Below, one piece after another: positions 50,779-59,878 of a stretch of DNA of 64,000 nucleotides (its first letter is position 1; every line of letters begins with the position of its first letter). The notes beneath the pieces were generated by a model. The model worked only from the letters and a program-made list of their open reading frames with translations, had not been told where the DNA came from and did not search any database. Position numbers and translations under genes: made by a program. This DNA comes from an uncultured Gemmatimonadales bacterium (GTDB taxonomy: Bacteria > Gemmatimonadota > Gemmatimonadetes > Gemmatimonadales > GWC2-71-9): contig CAVOGR010000007.1 in assembly GCA_963695555.1 (NCBI GenBank), positions 448,001 through 512,000 of the forward strand, given 5' to 3'.

Positions 50779-51201
50779 ATGGCCGTCTCACTCACTCGTA
50801 CTGTCGAGTTCACAGCCACCCATCGGTACTTCCGTCCCGACTGGACCGCGGAACAGAACGAGCAAGCGTTTGGTGCGCTCGGCCGGGAGCCCGGACACAG
50901 CCACATCTATCGCTGCTCCGTCACCGTCTCCGGCCCCTTCGATCCCGTGTCCGGGGGCGTCATGGATCTCGCCGCATTAGATCACATCATCGCGGAAGAA
51001 GTCGTGGCTCGGTTCGACGGGCGCCATCTCAATCTGGATGTCCCCGAGTTTGCCTACGGCAAGACGCTGCCGACCTGCGAGGCCGTGGCCGACCTCGTCT
51101 TTCGGCGCATCGCGCCGCGCCTACCCCACACCGTGACGCTCGAGCGAGTGCGTGTCGCGGAGGATGCCACCCTCCATGCCGATCGAACCGGACCGGCCTG
51201 A
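50779..51201 (+). CDS. PTPS/QueD family (T-fold) protein
   Basis: FTATHRY, GHSHIY, G.VMDL, HLNLDVPEF, PTCE. Confidence 0.88.
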   Translation: MAVSLTRTVEFTATHRYFRPDWTAEQNEQAFGALGREPGHSHIYRCSVTVSGPFDPVSGGVMDLAALDHIIAEEVVARFDGRHLNLDVPEFAYGKTLPTCEAVADLVFRRIAPRLPHTVTLERVRVAEDATLHADRTGPA

Positions 51202-51952
51202 GATCCGCCGACCGGTCAAGCGAGGCGGCCGGATGTCCTCGCACGCCGTGGTGGAAGAGGTGGCGGTCTGGCTCGAAATCAACCGCGTGCCGGCGGTGAC
51301 CTGGATGTGCACTCCCGACATGTTGGAGGAACTCGCGATCGGGTGGTTGCACGGTGAGGGATACATCGACAGCCTCGACCAGGTGCGGCTCCGCCCGTGC
51401 GCCACCGATCTCGGGTTCTGGGCCGAGATACCGGAGGACCTGGTTGCACCGGTGGCGGCCGAGGGTCGGCGCCCGGTGCTGGCATCGGGATGCGGCGCCG
51501 TGGCAACCTTCTTAGCGGACCCCGCCGCGGTCGCGACAGGGCCCAGCCGGGGGACACCGCCGGCCGTCGATCGTTTCCGCGAGCTGTTCAAGTCTCTCTT
51601 CACACTGGGAGAACGCTACCGCGAGACCGGCGGCATACACTCCGCCGGTCTCACCGATGGGAAGGAGCTGCTCAGCCACGCCGAGGATATCGGCCGACAC
51701 AACGCGGTCGACAAGGTCGTGGGTGCGGCCCTCCTGGCCGGCCGTGTCGTCGCGGGGCACGGGCTTCTGGTGACCGGCCGGATCTCGGCCGAGCTGGCCT
51801 ACAAGGCCGCTCGTGCCGGCCTGGTGTACGTGGCAACGCCGTCGGTGCCGTCATCGCTGGCCGTGGAGATCGCCGAGCGGGCGGGTATGATCCTGGTGGG
51901 TCGAGCCGTGAGCGGCCAGCCGCAGCTTCACGGTGCCGACCGGAGTTCCTAG
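51176..51952 (+). CDS. fdhD: Formate dehydrogenase accessory sulfurtransferase (start uncertain)
   Basis: SGCG, TGGIHSA, EDIGRHNAVDK, TGRISAE. Confidence 0.92.
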   Translation: MPIEPDRPEIRRPVKRGGRMSSHAVVEEVAVWLEINRVPAVTWMCTPDMLEELAIGWLHGEGYIDSLDQVRLRPCATDLGFWAEIPEDLVAPVAAEGRRPVLASGCGAVATFLADPAAVATGPSRGTPPAVDRFRELFKSLFTLGERYRETGGIHSAGLTDGKELLSHAEDIGRHNAVDKVVGAALLAGRVVAGHGLLVTGRISAELAYKAARAGLVYVATPSVPSSLAVEIAERAGMILVGRAVSGQPQLHGADRSS

Positions 51953-52365
51953 TGGTGGCCGTCGCACCGGACATCGCCGCAGCACTTCGTGCGGCGCGCC
52001 GAATTGCCGTGGTCGGCCTGAGTCCGAAGCCCTGGCGGCCCAGCCACGGCGTGGCCAAATATCTCCAGGCAGCGGGGTACGTGGTCCTGCCGGTCCATCC
52101 TGCCGGCGGCGTGATCTTGGGGCAACCGGTGCATGCCACCCTGAGCGCGGCCCGGATGGCGGGCCCGATCGATATTGTGAATATCTTCCGACGATCGGCG
52201 GCGGTGGGAGACCTGATCGACGAATGTGTTGCCGTCATGCCCCGACTCGTCTGGATGCAAGTAGGGGTCTCGCACACGGAGGCCGCCCGCCGCTTCGAGG
52301 AGGCCGGGATTCCCGTGGTCATGAACCGCTGCATCGCGGTTGCCCACCGTCACTTGGGGGAATGA
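51952..52365 (+). CDS. CoA-binding protein (YccU-like)
   Basis: IAVVGLSPKPWRPS, IDIVNIFR, WMQVG, VMNRC. Confidence 0.88.
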   Translation: MVAVAPDIAAALRAARRIAVVGLSPKPWRPSHGVAKYLQAAGYVVLPVHPAGGVILGQPVHATLSAARMAGPIDIVNIFRRSAAVGDLIDECVAVMPRLVWMQVGVSHTEAARRFEEAGIPVVMNRCIAVAHRHLGE

Positions 52366-53147
52366 TGCCTGCACGAGTCCTCATCGTCTGCGCGAGCCTT
52401 CTCGCGCTCACCCAGCCACTCGCCGCCCAGCGCGAGGCCGATCAGGCCACCCTCGTCTTTTCCCTCGCCGCAGCGTTCTCAGGCTCCGCCGACCTCTGGA
52501 CTGTGCAGGACCAGCCGGTGTTCCGCCAACAAGTAGCCGACACCTTCGCCCTCGGCCGCAAGCGCTCATCCGGTCTCGGCGTCTTCATGGCCGGCATCTA
52601 CTTCTTCAAGCCGAACTTCGGGATTGCCGGCGAAGCGTTCTTTCTCGGCGGCGGTTTCGAAGATTCGTGCCGTCACACCTTCCAAACCGGAAGCGCGGAA
52701 GCGGTCACGCTCTGCAACGGTATCAACGGCAGCTCGAAATCCGCTAACGCCGTCATCCTGAGCGCAGGACCGGTCCTTCGCTTCAATACCCGGAAGACGA
52801 TCAAGCCCTATGTGCGCGCCAATGTGGGCCTCCAGATCGGCGGACGAAGCTCGGTCGAGTTGTCCGGCCGGGTCACCACCGACTTCTTCAGTGTCGTCTA
52901 TGACGACCCGGACCAACGCAACATTTCGCTTGCACTCGCGGCCGCGGTCGGCATGACGGCGAGCCTCGGCCCCGGATACCAGCTGCGCTGGGAACTCCGG
53001 GACAACTACGTCGGCTACGACCGGGTCACCGGGCCGACGGCCCGTGACGGTCTGTCTCCCGCCCGCGAGTTCGACTACAAGCATGTCTGGAGCTTCGTGC
53101 TCGGAGTGGATATCGTGCTTGAGCGCCGGAGAGGCCGGCGGTACTGA
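52362..53147 (+). CDS. Outer-membrane beta-barrel-like protein
   Basis: Signal peptide, amphipathic strands, Cys pair in a loop. Confidence 0.6.
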   Translation: MMPARVLIVCASLLALTQPLAAQREADQATLVFSLAAAFSGSADLWTVQDQPVFRQQVADTFALGRKRSSGLGVFMAGIYFFKPNFGIAGEAFFLGGGFEDSCRHTFQTGSAEAVTLCNGINGSSKSANAVILSAGPVLRFNTRKTIKPYVRANVGLQIGGRSSVELSGRVTTDFFSVVYDDPDQRNISLALAAAVGMTASLGPGYQLRWELRDNYVGYDRVTGPTARDGLSPAREFDYKHVWSFVLGVDIVLERRRGRRY

Positions 53148-53223
53148 CCAGCCCGACGGTATCCAGCTCGCCACAAGCGGCTGAGCGCTCCCGCCAGCCG
53201 TCCGTCTTGCGATCTTTCACAGC

Positions 53224-53868
53224 ATGTCTCCCCAACGCCGCGTGAGCGAACCCCGGCCGGTCAGGGGCGCGATCCTCGCGGGGGGCGGAGCCACCCGGTT
53301 CGGTGGGACGCCCAAGGGCCTGGAGCAGGTCGGCGGGCGCCGCGTCATCGACCGATTGGTGGACGCGTTCGTCGATAGCCTTGGGGAGCCGCCGCTCCTC
53401 GTGGCCAACGCGCCCGAAGCCTCAGCCTGGTGCCCCGGCATCCGCGTCGTCCGGGATCTGATCCCGGGAGCGGGGTCCCTCGGAGGACTCTATACCGCAG
53501 TAGAGGAAGCGCCCGCGCCGGTGGTCTGCGTCGCCTGGGACATGCCGTTCGTTCCGCCCGGGCTCATAGCGGCCCTGGCCGAGGCGGTGGGCGACGCCGA
53601 CGTTGTGCTGCCGGCGAGCGCGGGCCGGCGCGGTGTCGAGCCGCTCTGCGCGGCGTACGGCCAGGGCTCCGCGGCACCCATGCACGAGCGGATCGTGGCA
53701 GGCGACTTTCGCGCCATCGCCTTCCATGAATCCGTGCGAGTCAGTATCCTCTCCATGGACAGCATCCGGCGCTTTGGGGACCCGGCCGTACTCTTCTTCA
53801 ACGTCAACAGCCCCGAGGACCTCATCAAGGCAGACCGCTTGTGGCAGCAACGCGCATCATCTCGATAA
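53224..53868 (+). CDS. mobA: Molybdenum cofactor guanylyltransferase
   Basis: AILAGGGATRFG..K, DMPF, EPLCAAY, NVNSPED. Confidence 0.92.
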   Translation: MSPQRRVSEPRPVRGAILAGGGATRFGGTPKGLEQVGGRRVIDRLVDAFVDSLGEPPLLVANAPEASAWCPGIRVVRDLIPGAGSLGGLYTAVEEAPAPVVCVAWDMPFVPPGLIAALAEAVGDADVVLPASAGRRGVEPLCAAYGQGSAAPMHERIVAGDFRAIAFHESVRVSILSMDSIRRFGDPAVLFFNVNSPEDLIKADRLWQQRASSR

Positions 53869-54374
53869 TTGGGCAAAAAGGCTCGGGCAAAACCACGCTG
53901 GCGATTACACTCGCGGCGGAGTACGTCCGTCGTGGCAAACGGGTGATGAGCATGAAGCACGCCCACCACCCTGCCCTGGTCGATCGCGAGGGCACGGATA
54001 GTTATCGGCACTTTCACGAGGGCAAGGCGGAGCGCGTCGTTCTCGCCGCACCAAAGACGCGAATCATCTTCGAGCGCACATCGGACAATGCCGATCCCAT
54101 TGCGCTCGCGACGCGCTATCTCGACGGCGCCGACATCGTGATTGCGGAAGGTTTCACCGCGTCGGTGCTACCGAAGATCGAAGTGTACCGCCGGGTGATT
54201 TCCAATGCGCCCATCTACGACGCCACGTCCCCGGAAGCGGCCAATTGGATCGCCATCGTAACCGATGATGACGCGCTCGATGCAGAGTGCACCGTCCTTC
54301 GGTTCCGGGACACGATGTGGCTCCAGCTGCTGGCCAACCTCGCATGGGACGGAGCCAAGGTTCTGACCCCGTGA
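53841..54374 (+). CDS. mobB: Molybdopterin-guanine dinucleotide biosynthesis protein B
   Basis: GQKGSGKTT, KHAHH, GTDSYRH, EGF, PKIEV. Confidence 0.92.
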   Translation: MAATRIISIIGQKGSGKTTLAITLAAEYVRRGKRVMSMKHAHHPALVDREGTDSYRHFHEGKAERVVLAAPKTRIIFERTSDNADPIALATRYLDGADIVIAEGFTASVLPKIEVYRRVISNAPIYDATSPEAANWIAIVTDDDALDAECTVLRFRDTMWLQLLANLAWDGAKVLTP

Positions 54375-55621
54375 CCCTTCTGGCGGCAGCCGAGGCCGCA
54401 CGGCGAATCCTCGAGCACGTCGATCGGCAGCCGCCGCTTCGAAGCCCGCTCGATGACGCCCTCGGCAGTGTTCTGGCCGAAGACATCGTGAGCCCCCTCG
54501 ACATCCCTCCCTGGACCAATTCGGCCATGGACGGGTACGCGGTCCGATCGGAGGACGTCCGCGGCGCAAGCGCGACACACCCGGTCCGCCTTCGCGTCGT
54601 CGAGCAGATTCCGGCCGGGCATTTTCCTACTCGTATCATTGGTGCCGGCGAGTGCGCGCGCATCTTCACCGGGGCGCCGCTCTCTTCCGGGGCAGATACC
54701 GTCGTGCGACAGGAAGACACGGACGGGGGCAGTGACATCGTGACGATTACGGCCGACCGTGACGTCAAGATGAACATCCGGCATGCCGGTGAGGACATCG
54801 CGAAGGGTACCACAGTCCTGGAACGCGGAACCGCACTCCACCCCGCCCAGATCGGGGTGCTGGCGTCGCTCGCCATGGGTCAGGTCATGGTCTACCGGAG
54901 GCCTCGGGTTGCGATCATGGCGAGCGGCGACGAGATCGTGGATGTCGACCAGCCGGAGGAGATCCTGGCCGGCCGGAAGATCGCGAGTTCGAACACCCAT
55001 ACGTTGATCGCGCTGGTGCGCGAGGCCGGCGGCATTCCCGTCAACCTCGGCATCGCGCGGGACACTCCAGAGAGCGTGCGCACCCATCTGGAGCTGGCCG
55101 CCGACGCCGACCTGCTCATTACGTCCGCCGGCATCAGCGTCGGGGAGCACGACTACCTGCGCGACGTGTTGCAGGCCATGGGAGCGGATCTCAAGTTCTG
55201 GCGGCTCCGGATGCGGCCGGGCGCACCGGTCGGGTTCGGAATCCTTGGGAAGGTCCCGTGGATCGGGCTGCCGGGAAACCCGGTGAGCACGATGGTAACC
55301 TTCGAGTTGTTCGTCCGCCCGGCGATCCGAAAAATGGCCGGGCATGCCTTACCGTTTCGCCGGGCGGCCCGGGTTCGACTCGAGCAACCGATTGCGCTCA
55401 GGCCCACGCTGCAGCACTTCCTCCGTGCAACCGTCAGCGAGCGTGCCGACGGCCTCCATGCCCGTCTCACGGGCCCCCAGGGATCGGGCATCCTCATGTC
55501 GATGGTGCGCGCGGACGCGTTGCTGATCATCCCGGAGGGTCAACACGAGACCCCCAAGGGCGGCGAGGTCGAAGCCCTCGTGCTCACCGAACCCGGGCAC
55601 CGAGCCGACCCGCCTTTTTGA
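54371..55621 (+). CDS. moeA: Molybdopterin molybdotransferase
   Basis: SAMDGYAV, IFTGA, SGDE, GLPGNPVS, QGSG. Confidence 0.95.
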   Translation: MTLLAAAEAARRILEHVDRQPPLRSPLDDALGSVLAEDIVSPLDIPPWTNSAMDGYAVRSEDVRGASATHPVRLRVVEQIPAGHFPTRIIGAGECARIFTGAPLSSGADTVVRQEDTDGGSDIVTITADRDVKMNIRHAGEDIAKGTTVLERGTALHPAQIGVLASLAMGQVMVYRRPRVAIMASGDEIVDVDQPEEILAGRKIASSNTHTLIALVREAGGIPVNLGIARDTPESVRTHLELAADADLLITSAGISVGEHDYLRDVLQAMGADLKFWRLRMRPGAPVGFGILGKVPWIGLPGNPVSTMVTFELFVRPAIRKMAGHALPFRRAARVRLEQPIALRPTLQHFLRATVSERADGLHARLTGPQGSGILMSMVRADALLIIPEGQHETPKGGEVEALVLTEPGHRADPPF

Positions 55622-55752
55622 CGTCGCCCCAGCCGCGGCCGCGATGCTCTCCATTCACCCCGTGTCACCGGGCGGCTATTTTTGAGCGGGCTCTCGCCTA
55701 GCCCTCGAGGCGGGGCGAGGGATGTTTCACTTTCAACCGATGGTGTTGCCGA

Positions 55753-56583
55753 ATGAACAACTTCAAGACCTTCATCCTCATGGCGGGCCTCATGGCCTTG
55801 TTCCTGGCCGTGGGGCAGCTGGTTGGCGGATATAGCGGATTGATGATGGCGCTGGTGTTTGGCGCCGGCATGAACTTCTTCATGTACTTCTTCTCGGACA
55901 AACTGGTGCTCAAGATGTACCGGGCCCAGGTGGTGACCGAGCAGGAGGCGCCCGAGCTGTTCCGCATGGTCGACCGGCTGCGCCAGCGTGCCGAGCTGCC
56001 GATGCCGGTCCTGGCGATTGCCCCACACGAGCAGCCCAATGCGTTCGCCACGGGACGGAGCCCCAACCATGCGGTGGTGGCAGTGACGACCGGCATTCTC
56101 AAGTACATGCCGCAAGAGGAGCTCGAGGGCGTCATTGCCCACGAGCTGGCCCACATCAAGAACCGGGACATGCTGATCTCGACCGTGGCCGCCGGCATCG
56201 CGGGCGCGCTCAGCTACCTGCCGTACCTCCTCTTGTTCGGCCGCGGGAACAGCCGACAGAACCCCATTCTCTCCTTGGCGATGATCATCCTCGCTCCGCT
56301 TGGGGCCATGATGATCCAGTTTGCAGTGTCCCGGCAGCGCGAATTCGAAGCCGATCGCGTGGGTGCACAGATCCTCGGCCGGCCCGAACCGCTGGCCAAC
56401 GCGCTCCGAAGGCTCGACGCCATGGCCCAGCGCATCCCGATGCAGGTTGCGCCGGCGGCCGCGCCGCTGGCGCAGGTCAATCCCCTTGCTGCGCACGGCG
56501 GTGGTTTTTCCCGGCTGTTCAGTACCCATCCGCCGACCGAGGAACGCATTGCGGCGCTGGAGGCACTCGCGATGGGCCGGTAG
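55753..56583 (+). CDS. htpX: Zinc metalloprotease HtpX
   Basis: PNAFATG, AHELAH, SRQREFEAD, FSTHP. Confidence 0.93.
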   Translation: MNNFKTFILMAGLMALFLAVGQLVGGYSGLMMALVFGAGMNFFMYFFSDKLVLKMYRAQVVTEQEAPELFRMVDRLRQRAELPMPVLAIAPHEQPNAFATGRSPNHAVVAVTTGILKYMPQEELEGVIAHELAHIKNRDMLISTVAAGIAGALSYLPYLLLFGRGNSRQNPILSLAMIILAPLGAMMIQFAVSRQREFEADRVGAQILGRPEPLANALRRLDAMAQRIPMQVAPAAAPLAQVNPLAAHGGGFSRLFSTHPPTEERIAALEALAMGR

Positions 56584-56658
56584 GATCGCGACACGGAGCA
56601 GTCCTCGAGCGCCGGCCCGGACCGCGGCCGGCGCTCTCACATGCGCGAGGGAGGGGCC

Positions 56659-57969
56659 ATGAGCGCTCCGCGGCTCGGAGGCATGCGCCGGCAAGTCATC
56701 GCCTGGTCGCTGTACGACTTCGCCAATTCTGCCTTCACCACCCTCGTGGTCACGTTCATTTACGCATCGTACTTCGTCCAGGGTATCGCCCTAGACGAAA
56801 ACGAAGGGACTCGACAGTGGTCGCTCGCGGTGACGGCCACGGCGGTGGTCGTAGCGCTCGCTTCTCCCTATTTGGGGGCGATGGCCGACCGGGGCGGCCG
56901 GCGGAAGCGCATGCTCTTCATCGCCACCCTCGTCGCGATCTTGGGAAGCCTCGGCCTCTTCTTTCCCTCGGCGGGGCATGTGTGGGTGGCGCTGACGACA
57001 TTCGCCATCGCCAACATCGCCTTCGAAATCGCCAACGTGTTTTACAATGCCTACCTGCCGGACATCGCGCCCCAGGATCGGATCGGCCGGATTTCAGGCT
57101 ACGGTTGGGCCGCCGGATATGTCGGGGGTCTGGTGTGCCTGGTGGTGGCGCTGGTGGGGTTCGTCCAACCCGAGGTGCCGTGGTTCGGCCTGAGCAAGGC
57201 CGGCGGCCAGCACATCCGCGCGACCAACCTGCTCGTCGCCGCATGGTACGCGGTGTTCAGTATTCCCCTATTTCTCTTCGTCAAAGACCGGCCGCAGCGC
57301 CAGGTGACAACCTCGGACTCGCTCTGGGTGGCGGCCACCCGTCAGCTGGCCACCACCTTCCGCGAGATCCGGCGCTACCGCCAGGTGTTCCGCCTCCTGC
57401 TCGCTCGATTGATCTACAACGACGGGTTGGTCACCATCTTCGCCTTCGGCGGGATCTACGCCAAGGTGACCTTCGGATTCTCGTTCAGCGAGGTCATCAT
57501 CTTCGGCATCGTGTTGAATGTCGCGGCCGGGATCGGTGCATTCGGCTTTGGCTTCCTAGACGACGTCCTGGGGGGCAAGCGGACCATCCTCATCAGCTTG
57601 GTGGTTCTCTTCCTGGCCAGCCTCCTCGCCGTTTTCGCCCAGAGCAAGGGCCTCTTCTGGCTGGCGGGAACGCTGGTGGGGATCATGATAGGCCCCAACC
57701 AGTCGGCCAGCCGGTCGCTATTGGGTCGCTTCGTTCCCCCGGACAAGGAGAACGAGTTCTATGGCTTCTATGCCTTCTCAGGCAAGGCGACCGCGTTCCT
57801 CGGGCCGCTGCTCCTGGGCCAGCTCACCGTGATGTTTCAATCCCAGCGTGCCGGGATCGGAGTCGTTGCGGTCTTCTTTCTGGTCGGCGGCGTGCTCTTG
57901 CTCCAGGTGGATGAGGCGGAGGGCGTGGCCAGCGCCGGGCGGCTCGAGGCCCGTCCGGCGGCCGGGTGA
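56659..57969 (+). CDS. MFS transporter, UMF1/Atg22 family
   Basis: WSLYDFANSAF, FYNAYLP, QSASRSL, FYGFY. Confidence 0.88.
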   Translation: MSAPRLGGMRRQVIAWSLYDFANSAFTTLVVTFIYASYFVQGIALDENEGTRQWSLAVTATAVVVALASPYLGAMADRGGRRKRMLFIATLVAILGSLGLFFPSAGHVWVALTTFAIANIAFEIANVFYNAYLPDIAPQDRIGRISGYGWAAGYVGGLVCLVVALVGFVQPEVPWFGLSKAGGQHIRATNLLVAAWYAVFSIPLFLFVKDRPQRQVTTSDSLWVAATRQLATTFREIRRYRQVFRLLLARLIYNDGLVTIFAFGGIYAKVTFGFSFSEVIIFGIVLNVAAGIGAFGFGFLDDVLGGKRTILISLVVLFLASLLAVFAQSKGLFWLAGTLVGIMIGPNQSASRSLLGRFVPPDKENEFYGFYAFSGKATAFLGPLLLGQLTVMFQSQRAGIGVVAVFFLVGGVLLLQVDEAEGVASAGRLEARPAAG

Positions 57970-58021
57970 GCACCCAGGCCACCACCAACGGCACTTCACT
58001 GTTTGGAAGGAGAGGCTCGGG

Positions 58022-58459
58022 ATGCCCGCTCATACCCACTATCTCTGGTTCGAGACCGAGGGCCGGCAGGAGATCATCGACATCACCGACCAGGTGGCGG
58101 AGCAGGTGCGAGCGCAGCGGCATCGGGAGGGCTTCGTGCTGGTGAGCGGCTATGCACATCACGGCCTCGGTGTTCGTGAACGACCACGAATCGGGACTGT
58201 GGCAGGATATCCTCGAGTGGCTCGAGGAGTCGGATCGCCCCGTGGGAGCCGGATCCCGCTACCGGCACAACGAGACCGGGCGAGGACAACGCAGCGGCCC
58301 ACCTGCGCAGCCTCACGGTCGGGCACGAGGTGATCGTTCCCGTCACGGCGGGCGCTCGACCTCGGACCGTGGCAGCGGGTGTTCTACGGCGAGTGGGACG
58401 GCCAACGGAGGAAGCGAGTGGTGGTGAAAGTGTTGGGCGAAGGAGAAACGGCGCGGTAG
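58022..58459 (+). pseudogene. yjbQ: YjbQ/UPF0047 family gene with several indels (pseudogene or sequencing error)
   Basis: IIDITD, MHITAS, RHNETG, DNAAAHL, LDLGPWQ, EWDG recoverable only by switching frames. Confidence 0.75.
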
Positions 58460-58642
58460 AGAAGCGTTAGGGCCGCTGAAGATACTACTGCTACCACCCC
58501 CCTACCGCTCCGTTCGGTTCCTGCGCAACCAACACTAGGCAATATGCCCTACCCACAAATACAGACAACCTGCCAAGCTTCGACAGTGTCGTATTTTATG
58601 TCAGTCTTTTCCGGGTTGGTGCAATAAATTGCGCTAGCAGGG

Positions 58643-59869
58643 TCAGACGGCGAAGTGCTCCTCGGGCACCAGCGCCTCGCGGCCGGACTTGTCGCCGAGG
58701 TTGGGCGGTCCGACCACACGGTTGCGGCCGGCCTCCTTGGCCAAGAACAGGCGCCGGTCCGCCACATCCAGCAGGTCGTCGCCGGTATCTCCATCGGCCG
58801 GGAAGCCGGCGACACCAGCGCTCACCGTAAATCCGGCCGTGGCCTCATGCTGGGGCAGCCGCACCAGCGTCTGCGCGATCGCAAGCCGAAGGTGCTCCAG
58901 CTTGTCCACGGCATCTTCGGGCCCGGTTTCGGGAAATACCAGCACGAACTCCTCGCCACCGTAGCGCGTCACGATGTCGCTTTCGCGCACCGAGCGCAGG
59001 ATGGTATTCGCGATTTCCGCCAGGGCAATATCGCCCGCGGCGTGGCCGAAGGTGTCGTTGAACCGTTTGAAGCGGTCGACGTCCACCATGGCCAGCGACA
59101 GCTGATGCTTATACCGGATCGCCCGACTGATCTCAGCCTCGAACCGGTGCTCGAAGTAGCCCCGGTTGAGCAGCCCGGTCAGGCGGTCACGCGCCGAAAG
59201 ACGACGGAGCCGCCGGACCCGGCCTACGATCGCCATGCTGAGCACTGCCGCGGCGATGAGAATCAGGAGCCGTCCCCACTGGGCCGGCCAACTGAATTGA
59301 CCATCGACGAACGGCGCATACACCGGGGAATTCAGATTCCACCGAGTAGCCGCATAGTAGACGATGAGACCGTACTGCCCGGCCGCAAGAAACCCAGAAA
59401 AGGCGCATACCCGCAGATCATAACGAATGCTCGTCGCACCGATCGCCAGGAAGTACACCTCGAAGACCACGAGGCTGTTGGCTGCCATGTGGGGCTGGTT
59501 CATGAGCAGGTAACCGACCAGTGCCAGGCTCACCAGCGACACATCGACCGCCGTGGTCAGGAATCCGAGCCAGGGCTTGTAGAAACCCCGCCTGACCAGC
59601 ACGCGAATGACGATCGCGCCCAGCACTGCGAGCAACATGGCCACGAGGCCAACCACGTACTCCTGGGCGTCGGGGTTCCGGACAGCGTTGTAAAAGGGGA
59701 TGAACAGCAGGATGCTCAAGACCAAGAGCCGGATGTTGGCCACGACCAACTCTCCGCCAGCTCCGGCATCGATCAGAGCCGGGTCGGGGCCGCCCCACCA
59801 GCGTTGGAGCCGTGTCATCCACTTGGTCGAGCTTGTCACACGCTTTGCCTTTGGCGACTCACGCCGCAT
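58643..59869 (-). CDS. Membrane-bound diguanylate cyclase
   Basis: About 6 TM segments, DRLTGLLNR, FKRFNDTFGH, RESD I-site, RYGGEEF. Confidence 0.93.
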   Translation of the reverse strand: MRRESPKAKRVTSSTKWMTRLQRWWGGPDPALIDAGAGGELVVANIRLLVLSILLFIPFYNAVRNPDAQEYVVGLVAMLLAVLGAIVIRVLVRRGFYKPWLGFLTTAVDVSLVSLALVGYLLMNQPHMAANSLVVFEVYFLAIGATSIRYDLRVCAFSGFLAAGQYGLIVYYAATRWNLNSPVYAPFVDGQFSWPAQWGRLLILIAAAVLSMAIVGRVRRLRRLSARDRLTGLLNRGYFEHRFEAEISRAIRYKHQLSLAMVDVDRFKRFNDTFGHAAGDIALAEIANTILRSVRESDIVTRYGGEEFVLVFPETGPEDAVDKLEHLRLAIAQTLVRLPQHEATAGFTVSAGVAGFPADGDTGDDLLDVADRRLFLAKEAGRNRVVGPPNLGDKSGREALVPEEHFAV

Positions 59870-59878
59870 GCTCGAGAT

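Noticed and set aside
55698..55727. CIRCE-like site upstream of htpX (CTAGCCCTC-N10-GAGGGATG)
   Set aside because: Wrong spacer (10 versus 9) and several mismatches.
58616..58633. Sigma54-like TGG...TTGC
   Set aside because: GG-to-GC spacing is 11 rather than 10, and no gene lies downstream on that strand.
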